From: Eledone cirrhosa
Lineage: Eukaryota
DNA: 64,000 bases
NCBI GenBank assembly: GCA_964016885.1
Contig: OZ024741.1
Span: forward strand, 367,908,001 to 367,972,000
Direction: 5' to 3'
Under the pieces are notes generated by a model. It was not told where the DNA came from and did not search any database. It worked only from the letters and a program-made list of their open reading frames with translations. A program made the position numbers and the translations under genes. The first letter of the stretch is position 1. Every line of letters starts with the position of its first letter. Shown here piece after piece: positions 39,021 through 52,739 of the stretch.

Positions 39021-39227
39021 ATATAAATATATATATACTGTGATGAATGGAGAGATGTTGTGCTGAAGAGGACCAGTCCCACTCTTACAAGCAAGGAAAA
39101 ACGGATGTAAAATGATGATGATGATTTAGTGACATGGCTTTCTCATTGAACTCCTCTCAAAATATTAGAATGACTGTCCACTTGGTATTCAGTTGTACAG
39201 CATAGTGTCAATGTTGTTCAAAATTAC

Positions 39228-39515
39228 AATCATCATCATCATCATTGTTTTATGTCCATTCTTCTTTGCTTGTTTTGAATGAGTTTTTCCTGCACAGCAC
39301 TTGTCATGGTCCCTCGTCATCTCTGTGAACTTCAGTGATTTGAGATCAGCTCTCACAGCCTCTGCCCAAGTCTTCCTTGGTCTCCCTCTTCTACAGCTTT
39401 CTTCGTCTGGGATTTTGGGGCACTTCTTTATGCAATGATTATCCTCCATATGCATCACATGCCCATACCAGCACAGTTTTCTCTCCTGCACACATCTGAT
39501 TCCTCTTATACTCAT
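39228..39515 (-). mobile_element. RTE 3' fragment
   Basis: KLCWYGHVMHMEDNHCIKKC...GRPRKTWAEAVRADL, with a (GAT)n tail. Confidence 0.85.
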
Positions 39516-41552
39516 ACCCATAATCATCATAATGTTATTCTGTAATCATTCTGATCCATATTAACCCAATGCCAAGCCCTTCAGCTATCAGGTTTTTGGG
39601 GCTCCCCCAGGTACTTCAATCTTTACCCCACTACAGCTGACATTCTTACCCTGGTATGATATATTTAATACAACAAATTATTAAATAGAAATTTTAACAA
39701 TATTCAGTGAAAGGATAGTTACTCATTGTGAGTACAAAATGCCTTTAAGTATTGGAGCTCAAGGGTATAGCTAACAGTGCCTCAGTAAAAAAAATATTGA
39801 TTGATCCCTAGTCCTTGCACGAGTCCTAAGCTTAATCTGGCATTCTTAGAGACTGTTTGTTGCATTATTTCTAGCAGGTAGATTTGGCAGAGATATTAGA
39901 GTGTGGGACAAACACTTAGCAGTATTTGTTCTGGTTTTTACTTTCTGAGTTCAAATCCCACAGATGAAATAAAGTATGAGTCAGATACTGGGGCAATATC
40001 ATCGACGCCCCCCCCCCCCCCCCCCCGTTAGAAACCATTATTTTTAGTAAATTGAACACCTATGTGTCTTAGCCATTGAATTTGGTAGTGGTATAACCCT
40101 AGGTCAGACTTGATTGATTTGATCTACAATCAGTTGATATTCTAGTCCATGATAACCCCATTTAACTTCTTTAGTTCTAATAAATTTTGTTTTTCACAAG
40201 TTAACATTCTCCTCATACATATTTTCTTCTCTCTATTTCTTTCTCACTACCTCACTCTCTCTTTTTTCTCCCTCACTCTTCCTTTTCTCTCTTCCTTGAT
40301 ATTTTTCTCTCATTTTCTCTATATCCTTCTCCTCCTCTCACTCTACTTGCTTCTCCTCATCTCTCTACACCTTTCTCTCACTCTGCATCTTTCTCCCCCT
40401 CTATCTCTCACTCTGTTTGTCTGACCCCCATCCTCTCTCCAACATTACAATATTAGAAATATGTCAAGTGTGTGTATGCTGTTTCCTGTCGGGAGTTGTT
40501 CATACAGATAAATTATAGTTATTCAACTATGTACATATAAATGTGTACATACACACGTGTGTGTATGTGCATGTAATATATATTCTACACATTCTGGAGT
40601 GAAAAGCAATTTTTTTTTACTTTTGTTATTCTATATATTAAGGTGAGGTCTGAAAAACCATTGATCCATTGCTAATGTCAACGACACTCGATTAATAAGC
40701 TTTTGAACTGTAATTATTCAAGTAATATAGGTATGTCTGATGGACAATTGGTAACTGTTGATATAGCATGCAAGGTTGATGTTTGTACGGGAGGGCGGGG
40801 AGATCGTTTTCCCAATCACTCCTCACTCATATAGACATACACAGAATACTAGGCTATGCTAGCTACACCATAGTATTTGCTTGCTTGTGTATTTATAAAG
40901 TAGAACCAGCAGAAGGTGCAGGACAAAAACCAAAAGATTGCATTTTGACAAAAGAACGCCAAGTACATATGTACACTCATGTATTATAACTGTTGCTACT
41001 ACTACTACTACTACTCTTACTACCACCACCACCACCACTATCACCACCACTACTACTATCACCATCACTACTACTTCTTGGTTGCGAGTTTGATTTCAAG
41101 TGGTGTGTTGTGTCCTTGAGCAAGACACTTTATTTTGCATTGCTTCAGTTCATTCTGCTGGCAAATATAGGTTGTACCTGTAATTAAAAGGGCCACCCTT
41201 GGCATACCTTATGCCATGCTGAATCTCACTAAGGAGTGCATGCATCTGTGGAATGCTCAGCCACTTGCACGTCAGTTGGCTGTTTCATCAATCAAATCAA
41301 CTCCAACACTTATTGGAACCAACAGAGTTCCACACACCTCCCCTTACACTCATAAGTCTACTCATATATAAGTACTACTATTACTACTGACTTATTACCA
41401 TACCCATTATCACTCTACCTCTCTGTCTCACTCCACCACCAAGACATCTAATTTCTAGCTGTTATCCACTAGACTCACCATCACATTCCTTGATTCCAAG
41501 ACACACCCTTGTTGTTATCCACTAGACGTACTCTTGTTATAATCCACTACAC

Positions 41553-41842
41553 CAGTCATGGTCAACCTGCAGCTTGCAAAGCTTTCTGAATGGCTCACCT
41601 AAGTCACCTAAGTGAAATATTTCTGATTTTTTTTTACCCCAACTTTTCAGTCGTAATTTATTTTTCTATCATTTTTGCGATAGAGGAAAACAATGTGTAC
41701 GAATTCTGAAGAAACATCAAACAACCTGAGTTTCCGTCCTTTTTTTTAATGCAGGCATGAATGTAAATTAGCGTTTGCAGCCCGCCTGATGATGAGCCAT
41801 ATCTCATGCGGCCCTCCTCTCGAGAAAGGTTGCCCATGCCTG
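41553..41842. mobile_element. hAT (Charlie/Buster-type) MITE
   Basis: TIRs CAGTCATGGTCAACCT / AGGTTGCCCATGCCTG (14/16 complementary). Degenerate 8-bp TSD CACTACAC / CACTAGAT with central TA. Confidence 0.75.
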
Positions 41843-42289
41843 CACTAGATTCACCATCATATTTCTTGATTCAATGACACACTCTTGTTACTTAACCTCC
41901 CTCCTACCAACAACCAACATGTATCTACCATTGATCTTTTTCTTTCCTGATCATCTTATCACATTTCCCCTTACCATCCTATCACTTTTTTCTTCACTCT
42001 CCTATTCTTAACCTTTCCACAGTGAACCTTATGGCCATCACTTTTCTTCAGATTACAAATGTGGCAGTTTTACCTTGAAAGAATTGAGATAATATAGTGT
42101 GCAGAGGACTCTTTTGGCATGTAGCGGCAAGACAACCTCTTTAGTGTTGGTGGCATAATAAAATACAACCAATACACTTCCTAAAGTAATTGCCACTAGG
42201 AAGGGCTTGTGCATATATATTTGTCTGTATATAGAGTATATACACACCCACCCACTCCTTTTTAATTTAAATATAAAAAAATTATATAT

Positions 42290-43449
42290 ATCATCATCAT
42301 CGTTTTAACGTCCATCTTCCACGCTAGCATGGGTTAGACAGTTTTGTTCCATTTGATGCAGGATTGGTCGGGAGACCGTGTCTCGCTTGTATGGATGTGT
42401 CTCTGACAGGTTTTCTATAGCTAGATGCCCTTCCTAACACCAGCCACATTTACAGTGTGGACTGGGTGCTTTTTGTTGTGTCACCTACACAGTGGATGGG
42501 GTAGGGTGTGTGGGGTGATGTGTATATTGGGTTAACAGGTGCCTACTGACTGTAGGTTTGTATGCAAGGGAAGGCGGGGTCTTCTGTACAACTGCATGGC
42601 ACCAAAGATCTCGATCCAGTGACATTGTCTTAAAGAGGTGTAAGTGAGCAAGGTCAGTTTTTATCACCTCGTCCCAGGTTTTTCTTGGTCTACCCACTCC
42701 ATAGCTTCCATCAATTTTCATTGCTCTGCACTTTTTTATACAGCTGTCGTCCTTTATACATATCACATTGCCATACCACCGCAATCTCCTCTCTACAACA
42801 CAACATTTGATACCTCTTATGCTTAATCTCTCTCTCTCAATTTGTTTATGCTTCACCATTTGTGCACATTACTATTACAAATCCATCGGAGCATGCAAGC
42901 TTCATTTCTTTCTAATCTACGCAAGTCTTCAGCACACAATGCCCAGGTCTCACTACCATGTAATATCGCCATTTGTATACAAGCATCATACAATCTGCCT
43001 TTCACTTTTAGAGAAAAAACCCTTGTGGCCAACAGCGGTATTAGCTCTCTGAAATTTTTACATCCCGTTCTAACTCTGGCTACTACACTTTCAGAGCACC
43101 ATCCTCCACTGCTGATTTTGTCACCCAGTTAACGGAAAATGTCTACTATTTCTATAGAACCATCTGGGCAGTAGAAGGAGATAGCATCCAAGTGGGTCTT
43201 TGCTACTTACTGCACCTGAGCATCGGCCACATATAAAATCTACATTCTTAGATAGCTTACCTGTGATCCCACTACATCTTTTATGTACCCATAGTTTGCA
43301 TTTGGGGCATAGCATGGAATTTCTACCTCCTCCTTTCTTACACGCCTGTGCCCTATTCTCTTTTCTACATACTAGAACTTTAGTCTTAGACAAGTTAACT
43401 CTAAGGCCTTTTGATTCTAGACCATGCTTCCATGTTTGGAACCTCTTCT
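42290..43449 (-). mobile_element. RTE LINE (PHD-containing family), 5'-truncated
   Basis: KTKVLVCRKEN...LCPKCKLWVHKRC...CGRC...RLRWYGNV...[10 protein letters not shown]. Both ends abut (TA)n. Confidence 0.92.
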
Positions 43450-43934
43450 TATATATATATAATCCCCATCATCATTTGACATCCATTTTTCCATGCTTGC
43501 ATGGGTTAGATGGGTTGTCATGTTATGAAGCAAGTCAGATCAGGAGACCACCTCTAGCTCATATGGATCTGTATTTTGGTTTGGTTTCTGTGGCTAGATG
43601 TCCTTCTTAAAAACAACCACATTACAGTGTAGACTGTGTGCTTTTTATTGGGCATCAAAACAACCATCTAACAAGTTGGACTGGGTGCTTTTTATCATAT
43701 CACCAGCACAACATATATTCTCAACCTTAGAAACATATGAGTAAATAAATGAATTAATTAGTACATTATAATACTATCATAGAAAGTAAATAAGCCATTC
43801 CTAAATTGTTTGTTCCTAATCCATTGTAGACCCACCTACTCTGTCTGCTTCTCTCTTTCTCACTTCCATTGATACCCCTCTCCCTCTCTTTATTTCCCTG
43901 GTAAACTACAGCTCCACCTCTTTCTCCTATACAT

Positions 43935-44245
43935 CCATTGATACTCCCACACACATCTATTGACACCCCACCTCATTTTCTCTCACACACATCTATTGAC
44001 ACCCTCCACACCTTTCTCTCTCATACCCACATTCATTGCTGCCCTCATACACACATTCATTGGCACTCCCACCCTAGTCCTCTCTCACACACATCCATTG
44101 ACACCCTTCACATATTTCTCTCACATACACACATTCATTGCTACTCTCATACACACATTCATTGGCACTCCCACCCTAATCCCCTCTCACACACATCCTT
44201 TGATGCCCCCACACCTTTCCCTCACACACACATCCATTGACACTC
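43935..44245. repeat. Minisatellite, ~100-bp unit built from CACACAT(T/C)CATTG subunits
   Basis: CTCATACACACATTCATTGGCACTCCCACCCTA occurs at ~44044 and ~44145. Confidence 0.8.
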
Positions 44246-44547
44246 ATTGAAACCATGGTTGTAAATTTTTTTTTAATAACTGACACAACATATGCCACTC
44301 ATTTGCTTGCTTCCTTCCTTGTATGTTGTTGCCTCACAAATGCTTGGTGGTCTGGCTGGCTGGCAGTCTGGCAGACTGTCTGACATACTGTATGTCTGTC
44401 TGGTTAGCTCTCAATAGTCTAAAAGGCATTCCACTTAATGCTTTCATTTAGCCAAAGTAGAAAACCACAACATTGGCATTACATTGCATCTAACTGTAAT
44501 GGCACGACATACACTATTAACACACACATTACCATATTTATCTCTCT

Positions 44548-44717
<170 letters not shown>

Positions 44718-44844
44718 TGATTGATTGATTGTACAAGCAAGACATGGTCATCTAATCTGACTTGCATCACAAGAGGGCAGCCTGTTTAATCCATGCTAGC
44801 ATGGAAAATTGACGTTAAATGATGATAATATACATAATCATTAT

Positions 44845-45460
44845 CATCATCAAGGTTTTACTGTCTGGTTTTCCATACTTGCATGAGTTCAATGGGTCTT
44901 TTTTAGCACAGCATTCCTCCACTTGTTGTGGTATTTCATTGTCTCCTCTGATAGCTTCAGCAATTTGAGAGATCAGCCCTCCAAACTTCTTCCCAGGTCT
45001 TCCTTGGTCTCCCTCTGCTGTAGTGTCCATCCACTGTGGTCTTTTGGCACTTCTTCACCTAATTATTGTCATCCATATCATGTCCATACTAGCAGTCTTC
45101 TCTCCTGCACACTACATCTGATTCCTCTTAAACCCAGTTTTCCCCCAGCTCATCCATGCTAACATTAAAGCATGTTAGCATTGCACATCCATTGGAGCAT
45201 GCTTATTTAATTTCTTTCCAGGCATATCCTCTGCATTCATTGCCCATGTTTCACTACAATGAAATATCATAAATAAGCATCATACAACTGGCCTTTTGTT
45301 TGTAGAGAGAAACCTTTTGTTGTCAACAGAAGTAGTAGCTCCCTGAAGTTTTTTCATCCTTCCAGTGCAACCTCATCCACTGCTAATTAGATCACCTAGG
45401 TAGCAGAAGCTGTCAACTGCTTCTTTGGATCCTTTTTTGGGATTGGAAAAGGTTTATTTG
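44845..45460 (-). mobile_element. Degenerate RTE 3' fragment
   Basis: Reverse complement of VDSFCYLGDLISSG, KNFRELLLLLTTKGFSL and GRPGKKFG. Confidence 0.75.
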
Positions 45461-45787
45461 ACCGATGTTTTTACCACCAACTACAAACATGTCTCCCCTT
45501 AATGTAAATCTCAAGCTTAATCAGTGGGACATGATATGAGATATGGCTGGACCTTTGAACTATGTACAATTCATCTGATGGGCTTTTACAAGGTTTCTGT
45601 CTACCCAATTTCACTCTCAAAGTTTTGGTCAATCTGAAGCCATCCCAAGATGTTACACAGTGGGATCAACCCTGGAACCTCATAATTGTTAAGTGAACTT
45701 CTTAACCATTGCTTACATCCACAGCTACTAATAGTACTTAGCTAACAGTTTACAATGTGTGACACTCAGCTCATTGAGACAAATTAA

Positions 45788-45979
45788 CCCTTTATTATAT
45801 TTTCATGGTATACACTTTATCTCATAATTATCTCACATATATTGAATGTACGAGATTTTGATATTATTTATTTTTAGAACAATACCTTAACATAAGTATG
45901 AGCAGCCAGTTATGGCCGGTTTGAACAGAAAGAGGTGAGAGAATTTTAGCCGGATACAGCCAGTTTAAATGCTAAAGTG
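45788..45979. mobile_element. piggyBac-type MITE family 1
   Basis: TTAA|CCCTTTA...AAATGCTAAAGTG|TTAA, in the opposite orientation to the 51988 copy. Confidence 0.75.
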
Positions 45980-46748
45980 TTAAACTTCCCTTCACACTTT
46001 TGGTACTAACTTGCCCCAAACTGATTCAAGTTCTATGGAACAAAATCACTCATTTAAAGGGTTCCTATATAAATTAATATCTTCCAGCATATGTTAAGTT
46101 TCTATCTTAGTAATAAAATCCTTAATTATTTTAGCAGATTCCCTCAAATTTTCATTAATTAATTCAAATACAGCGTAATTTCATTAGGAATATTATAATG
46201 GTTTCTAATTTAAGCACAAGGCCAACAATTTTAGGGGAGGTGAAAATCGATTAAATCAACTCCAGTGTGTTACTGGTACTTTATTTTATTGACCCCATAA
46301 GGATAAAAGGTATAGCTAACCTCGGCAGGATTTGAACTCAGAATGTAAAGGGCTATAACTATGCTGTAAAGTATGTTGTCCGAGGCTCTACCAATACTGC
46401 CAATCCACTGCCCTATTAAGAAATATTATAATGAAAAGGTTAAAACCCAATTGCAAGTATTTTCTCAGTGTGTGTGTTTTGTGAATGGCTTAGAAGTTAT
46501 GGTGTCCTACTCACAATCGTATGGTCATGAAATCAATTTCCACTGGTGCATTGTGTCCTTGAGCAAGGCACTTTATTTCACCTTGCTTCTTTTCACTCAA
46601 CTGGAGAAAATGCATTGTACCTGTAAAGCTATATGTGTCTGTGGAATGCTCTGCCACTTGCAGATTAATTTCATAAGCAGGCTGTTCTATTAATTGAATC
46701 AATTGGAACACTCAGTCGAAACTGATGGAGGTTCATTTCATTCGATTC

Positions 46749-46782
<34 letters not shown>

Positions 46783-47639
46783 TACATGTATGTAAGTGTG
46801 TGTGTTTATTTTCATCAATTTATTCAACTTTCCAATTCACTTTATCACTGATCTCTATTTTTCCCTAAATGTTAGACTTTTTAACTTTAGACCTGCTCTT
46901 CTTTCCTTTTTTTTCCATCCGTCTCATTCCCCCTTTCTCTTTCTCTCTATGCTCTCTCTCTTCCCAAAACATAAAACTGTTTAATTTCTGGTGCACTTGT
47001 TCTTTGTTACAGTGGTTATGTTTGTTGTTGTTGTTTTGTGCTATATATGTATTTATATTTGGCACATCTTCAACCAATTAAATTGTGATTGATTGTTTTA
47101 TACATCTATTGGATCCTATAAAAGTAGCCATTGCCATTTAGATTTATTCTTTTACTGGTTTCAGTCATTAGACTGTGGCCATGTTGGGGTATTGCCTTAA
47201 AGAGGTTTCATTGAACATATCAAGTCTAATACATATTTTTTCTGTCTCTAACGAGCACAAACGTAAATACAGATATAGAGATACATGCACACACACACGT
47301 GTGTATGTGGCTATATATATATATATAAACATAATGTACCCAGTCCATCTTGCAAAGTGGTCGTGTTGGCGACAAAACAAAAAGCATCCAGTCCAATCTA
47401 TTAGTTGGTCATTTTAGTGCCATAATAAAAAGCACTCTCTCCACACTGTAAATGTGGTTGGCATTAGAAAGATCATCCAGTCATAGAAACCAAGCCAGAA
47501 ACAGATCTGTAGGAGCAAAACGCAGTCATCTTATTTGACTTGTCTCGCAATGTCAGGACAACTCATCTAAGTCATGCTAGTATGGAAAATGGATGTTAAA
47601 TGATGATGATATAAATATATATATGATAAATATAAATAT

Positions 47640-48098
47640 ATGGAAGCCGTGGAGTGGGGAGACCCAAGAAGATCTGGGATGAGGTGATAAAAGCCGACCT
47701 TACCCAATTGTACCTCTCAAAGGCGATGACACAGGACCGTGACCTCTGGCGTCACGCAGTAATACAGAAGACTCGACTTCCCACGGCTACAAGTCGAAGC
47801 TGAAGCATATAGACAATATGCTCCCACCACCTCCAAAGTGGTCGTGGAGGTGCCATGGCAAAAATCACCTAGCCCACACTGTAAAGTGGTTGTGTAGGTG
47901 CCATGGTAAAAAAGCACCCAGCACTCACTGTAAAAGAGGTTGGTGTTAGGAAGGGCATCTAGCTGTAGAAATCAAGCCAGAATCAGTTCCTGTATGAGCA
48001 AGGCATGGTCAGTCGACCGGACACTGCCTACAACAGGACACCCTGTCTAACCCATACTAGCATGGAAGAATGGACGTAAAACGGTGATGATGATGATG
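47640..48098 (+). mobile_element. RTE 3' fragment with modular 3'UTR
   Basis: GSRGVGRPKKIWDEVIKADL, then CACACTGTAAAGTGG modules, the terminal hairpin and (GAT)n. Confidence 0.85.
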
Positions 48099-48281
48099 AG
48101 GATAAAGAGAGAGTAAGGGGTTAACAGAACAGGGATGTGCGGATTACACCATGGTCTGTCAGTTGTGAAGCAGATAAAAAAAGAAGCGCTCAACGACCTG
48201 TATAAATGGTACAGGACGGAGCATTATATATTAATAAAAGATCAGAGGCCAGATTCAGTTGATTCAGGTTTATTTAAAACT

Positions 48282-48339
48282 CCGTTATTTATATTTCACT
48301 GAGGACTATCAGTTATGATAACCTGAGCTCTTCAGATGG
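48282..48339 (-). ncRNA. Degenerate minimal hammerhead ribozyme
   Basis: Minus strand: CCAU-CUGAAGA-[GCUCAGG UUAUCA UAAC UGAUAG U CCUCAGU]-GAAA-UAUAAA-UA|ACGG. One mismatch in stem I. Confidence 0.55.
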
Positions 48340-48480
48340 CAAAACCTAAAATAAACAGAAAGTTCCTAAGAAACCTTTAAATTTGGAAAAATCTAATAAT
48401 TTTCCAGAAAAAAGATTTTGTTTTCATGATACAGGGGCCAACCGAATGCGTGGTGTTGTTTCTTCAACAGCCGGCCCCTG

Positions 48481-48534
<54 letters not shown>

Positions 48535-49076
48535 TCATTATTATCATTGTTTTTGCATCCCTTTTTCCACACTTGGATGGGTTGGTCAGATCCTTTTCAG
48601 CACATCTCTTCACTTATCATGATCCTTCATCATCTCAACTGTGAGTTTCAGCAATTTGAGATCAGACATGGTCTTGTGCAGTTTCTGTCTACTAAATTTT
48701 ACTCCCAAGGCCGTAGTAGGCATTTACCCAAGGTGTCACACAATGGAAGTAAACCCAAGAGCACAAGTGAACTCCTTAACCACACAGCCATACTTGCACT
48801 GGTTGAACAACAATAAAGAAGAATACCCCCTCCCTCCTCAAAAAAGCATTGACTTTCAGAGAAGATTCTGCCACATCAGATAAAAACGTGATCATTACAA
48901 ATCAATATTTTGCTGCTCAAGTAATCAATCAATACTTTGCAAATGAAATCAATATACAAATGAACAAAAATATATATTAAAAAAAAACTAAATTTCTACT
49001 TCCTCTCCCTTCACTCTAAATCTAAGATTTTTTTTCCTTTCCTTTTCTTTTTTTATTTCATTTTTATTTAATTTAA

Positions 49077-49267
49077 CCCTTTCATAACCATATTCCTAAC
49101 GAAAACACTGCCTATGATTTTCATTATTAAGCTGGTGTTTGGTGTATAACTTAAAGCCTTTTAGATAACATTATTATGGGAAACGTTTAGGTAAATATAA
49201 ACACTTTAAAATCAAACAGCCTATCATAGAATGGAGGATGGTTTCAAACTATTTAGTATCAAAAGGG
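49077..49267. mobile_element. piggyBac-type MITE family 2
   Basis: TTAA|CCCTTTCATAACCA...TAGTATCAAAAGGG|TTAA. Related copies at ~7246, ~23865 and ~58281. Confidence 0.65.
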
Positions 49268-49989
49268 TTAAATTCATTTTATCACATTTCCAGTACCATC
49301 CTGAATTCAGTGTTGCTTATTTTATCAATCTGTTTTTTGTTGAACTGCTAAGTTATGAGATACAAATCACCTCTGTAGTTTCCATCTACCAAAGTATACT
49401 TACAACGCTTTGGTCAACCCAAAGTTATATTAGACAACACTTGACTAAGTTGTCAAGCAGTGAAGCAAACTCCTTAACCACGCAGCCAGCCATGTCACAT
49501 GCTTGGTCAACTCAAGGCTATATATAGACAACACTGGACCAAGTTGTCACACAGTGGGAGTGAAGCCAAAACCATATGGATGTGAAGCAAACTCCTTAAC
49601 CACACAGTTAGCCATGTTTTGTTTACTCAACTGCTAAGACCTAGTTGGATCTGATCATTATAAGTAGCAGCCATGATGTTCACAACATTATAGTTATATC
49701 AATGGCCATTAATTTCTCAAGCCTACAAATCACTCGACCATGACAATATACCTCATTAATCAATATCCTAGTGTTCAATATGTTTCTTTATTTTCCATTA
49801 TATCAGATTAACTAATTCAATCAATTTTGCTTTCAGATACCAAACATTTTTTTAAATCAATTTGAAAACCTTTATCTCACAAACTGACACACATTTATGC
49901 TAAATGGATAAATACAGAAATAAATAAATAGATAACTAGTTAAAATAGTGAGACAACAACAACAAACAGTTTGAAACCTTTTTTCCTGG

Positions 49990-50450
49990 TCAAGCTGAGG
50001 TTAGCTTTGCAGGGTAGCATGACAAACATTTTCAATTTGCTCTATCATCTGCATACACTCACCAACCCCCTGACTTTTATTTCATCCTCCATTATCTTTA
50101 GTCAAGTCTTCCTTAATCTTCCTTTTCCTCTATTTCTTTCCACATTCATTTCCATTACTCCTCCCAGACAATCACTTTCATATTCCTCAGCACATAACCA
50201 AACCATCTCATTCTATTTTTCTTTACAACATTCATCACTGGCTCTATTCCCATCATTGCTATCCCCCAGTCACTTTCATCCTCTGTAAGTCATTGTTTCT
50301 CTTTCTCTCTCTCAGTGATACTCTACTCATTCATTAAACCATTTTCACTTCCATTCTTTCCAGCCTTCTTTACTGTTGCATGTTTATTACCCATATCTCA
50401 CTACCATAAATCATAGTTCTTCTCACACATGTAGCATACATCTATTTCAG
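49990..50450 (-). mobile_element. Old RTE-like 3' fragment
   Basis: The reverse complement gives an RWFGYVLR motif, with heavy decay around it. Confidence 0.5.
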
Positions 50451-51987
50451 TTAAGAGACAGTTCGAAGGTAATGTGTGTAAAGTATTTTGTTGTGTTATT
50501 TGAGCATGTAAACTTGATTTTACATACCCCAATTCACCTAGTTTTGGGAAATAGGTTCTGAGGTCATAGACATTCTATCCAGGATGAAATTTATCTCTTA
50601 TTTACCTAAGATTGATGGAAGGCATTATTGATGATTTTCAAATAATTTTGAAAATAACCAAGAATTTGAAGGTTTTAGCTATATAACTAACTTTCTCATT
50701 AAGGTGTATGGTCACAAAAGAGTTAAACCATTTCTCTAGTGTTATGTTTATGAATATTGTTTTACTGAAACAATGTGTTTACAATTGTGAAAGATTATAT
50801 AATATTTGCAATAAAAAAAAAAATTAAATAGTGAACATAAGGGAAAGGGGGAAGGGAGCAGTCTAGGCAGTATATCTCAGACAAAATGTCAAAGGTATTG
50901 CCACAGAGAACAGCCAGTGACAACCACTGCATCAACCACTCCAGCTCATGGGGCTCCTTTCTCAGATGGGGTGTACTCCTCCCAAGGGAGAAGACATAAT
51001 ATTCTTATTCTTATAGATGTGTCCATATATTTTTTCTTATGAATCCAACAGGTAAACAAGAGTAGGCCCCAAATTTTTAGAACTCATTCATTCAAATGGC
51101 TTGTACATGCTTATATTACATGTAATCGTCATGTGAGCATATGTCCTGTTCTCCAAGAGTACTCTTGGTTACTTCAACATCATAACTCTGCTTTGTAAAG
51201 ACTAACTAGGCCAACCCTAATCCCACTATTGCTACAACAACATCTTTATGTTTCTGTATTATATTTCAAATAGAGAGATGTTTATCACATTAGCCATGAG
51301 TTAACTGCATGCAGTAAAAATGTTTGGATTGTAATAAATATCTTCATATAATATATATATTAGAAAAGAATATAGATGTAATATATATAACATAGCATTG
51401 AATAAAGATATATAAAACATGGTATTGTTTAAAGTTAAAGGCGACAAATTGGCAGAGTGAGTAGGGCATCAGATTAAAAATGCCTCAGCATTTGTTCTGA
51501 CTCACTGCTTGCTGAGTTCAAATTCTTCTGAGGCCAACTTTACCTTTCATCCTTCTAAGGTCGATAAATAATGTACCAGTACTGATACATTATTTTAAAC
51601 AGTGTTGATATGAAGACGTTCTCAGAGATATATGCTCACATTGATGTGCATGAAACACATACATATATATACACAACAAGCTTCTTTATAGTTTCCATAT
51701 GAGAAGTCTGAGGCTATAGTAGAAGACATTTCTTCATGCCTATACACTATGGATACATGGTTTCAAAGTTAACTTCTAACCCACATAGCAACACTTGTGC
51801 CTATATATTCCTCTATACTATCACAGTACTCTTCAGGAATGACAAAGTTTATAGTAAAAAAAATATTTTATTTAATCATTCCTTGATTACAACATTCTAA
51901 TTAAAGATGCTTGAATCTTGATTTTCCTTGACTTTCTCCTCCTTGCCATTTCAGGTATTACCATATTTTCATTTTGAATTCATTTAA

Positions 51988-52194
51988 CCCTTTAGCATTT
52001 AAACTGACCGTGTCCGGCCAGAATTCTTTCACTGTTTTCTGTTCAAACTGGCCATAACCGGCTGCTCATACTTATGTTAAGGTATTGTCTCAAAATAAAT
52101 AATATCGAAATCTCATAGATGCGATATTATGTGAGATAAAGTGTTTACTGTGAAAATACAATAGTAAATATAGAATAATGTAAATGCTAAAGGG
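51988..52194. mobile_element. piggyBac-type MITE family 1, complete
   Basis: Perfect 14-bp TIR CCCTTTAGCATTTA/TAAATGCTAAAGGG, flanked by TTAA and TTTA. Confidence 0.85.
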
Positions 52195-52739
52195 TTTAAG
52201 TCGATTAATAATTTTGTTCCATATTTTCTTTAATCATAATCAAACATATATCTACTAAATTACGATGACTTTGTTTTACATATGTATCTATTTGATCATC
52301 ATCATCATCATCTGTCTATTTTTGGACTGCAATTAAGATTTGTGCTTTATTGTTGTTATTGTCTGAAGATAGATACATAAATACAGAACTATAAGATTTA
52401 CAGTCAGACAAGCAGATTGAGATGTAGGAAGATAGATAGAAAGATAGGTAGACAGACAGAAAGATATTGATAGGCAGTCAAATAGACAGATATATTTATT
52501 GTTAGTAGATTGATACATACATAGGTGGGTAACTATAGATAGGTGTTGTTTGACTACTGACTGTCTTGTCAACACTATTTTGAGAGAGAGAGAGCAGTAG
52601 AGGAAAAGATCAAATTATCGTTTCCAAAACAAATCTAGCTCAATGCTATTTGATAACCATTTTATATGAGTATGTATATAATATATATATATAGCATTAG
52701 ATGGGCGTCATAATTATTTAATGTATATGTATGCATGTA

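Noticed and set aside
43935-44245. Regularly spaced repeats as a possible CRISPR-like array
   Set aside because: The spacers are themselves repeated, the context is eukaryotic and there are no cas genes. An ordinary minisatellite.
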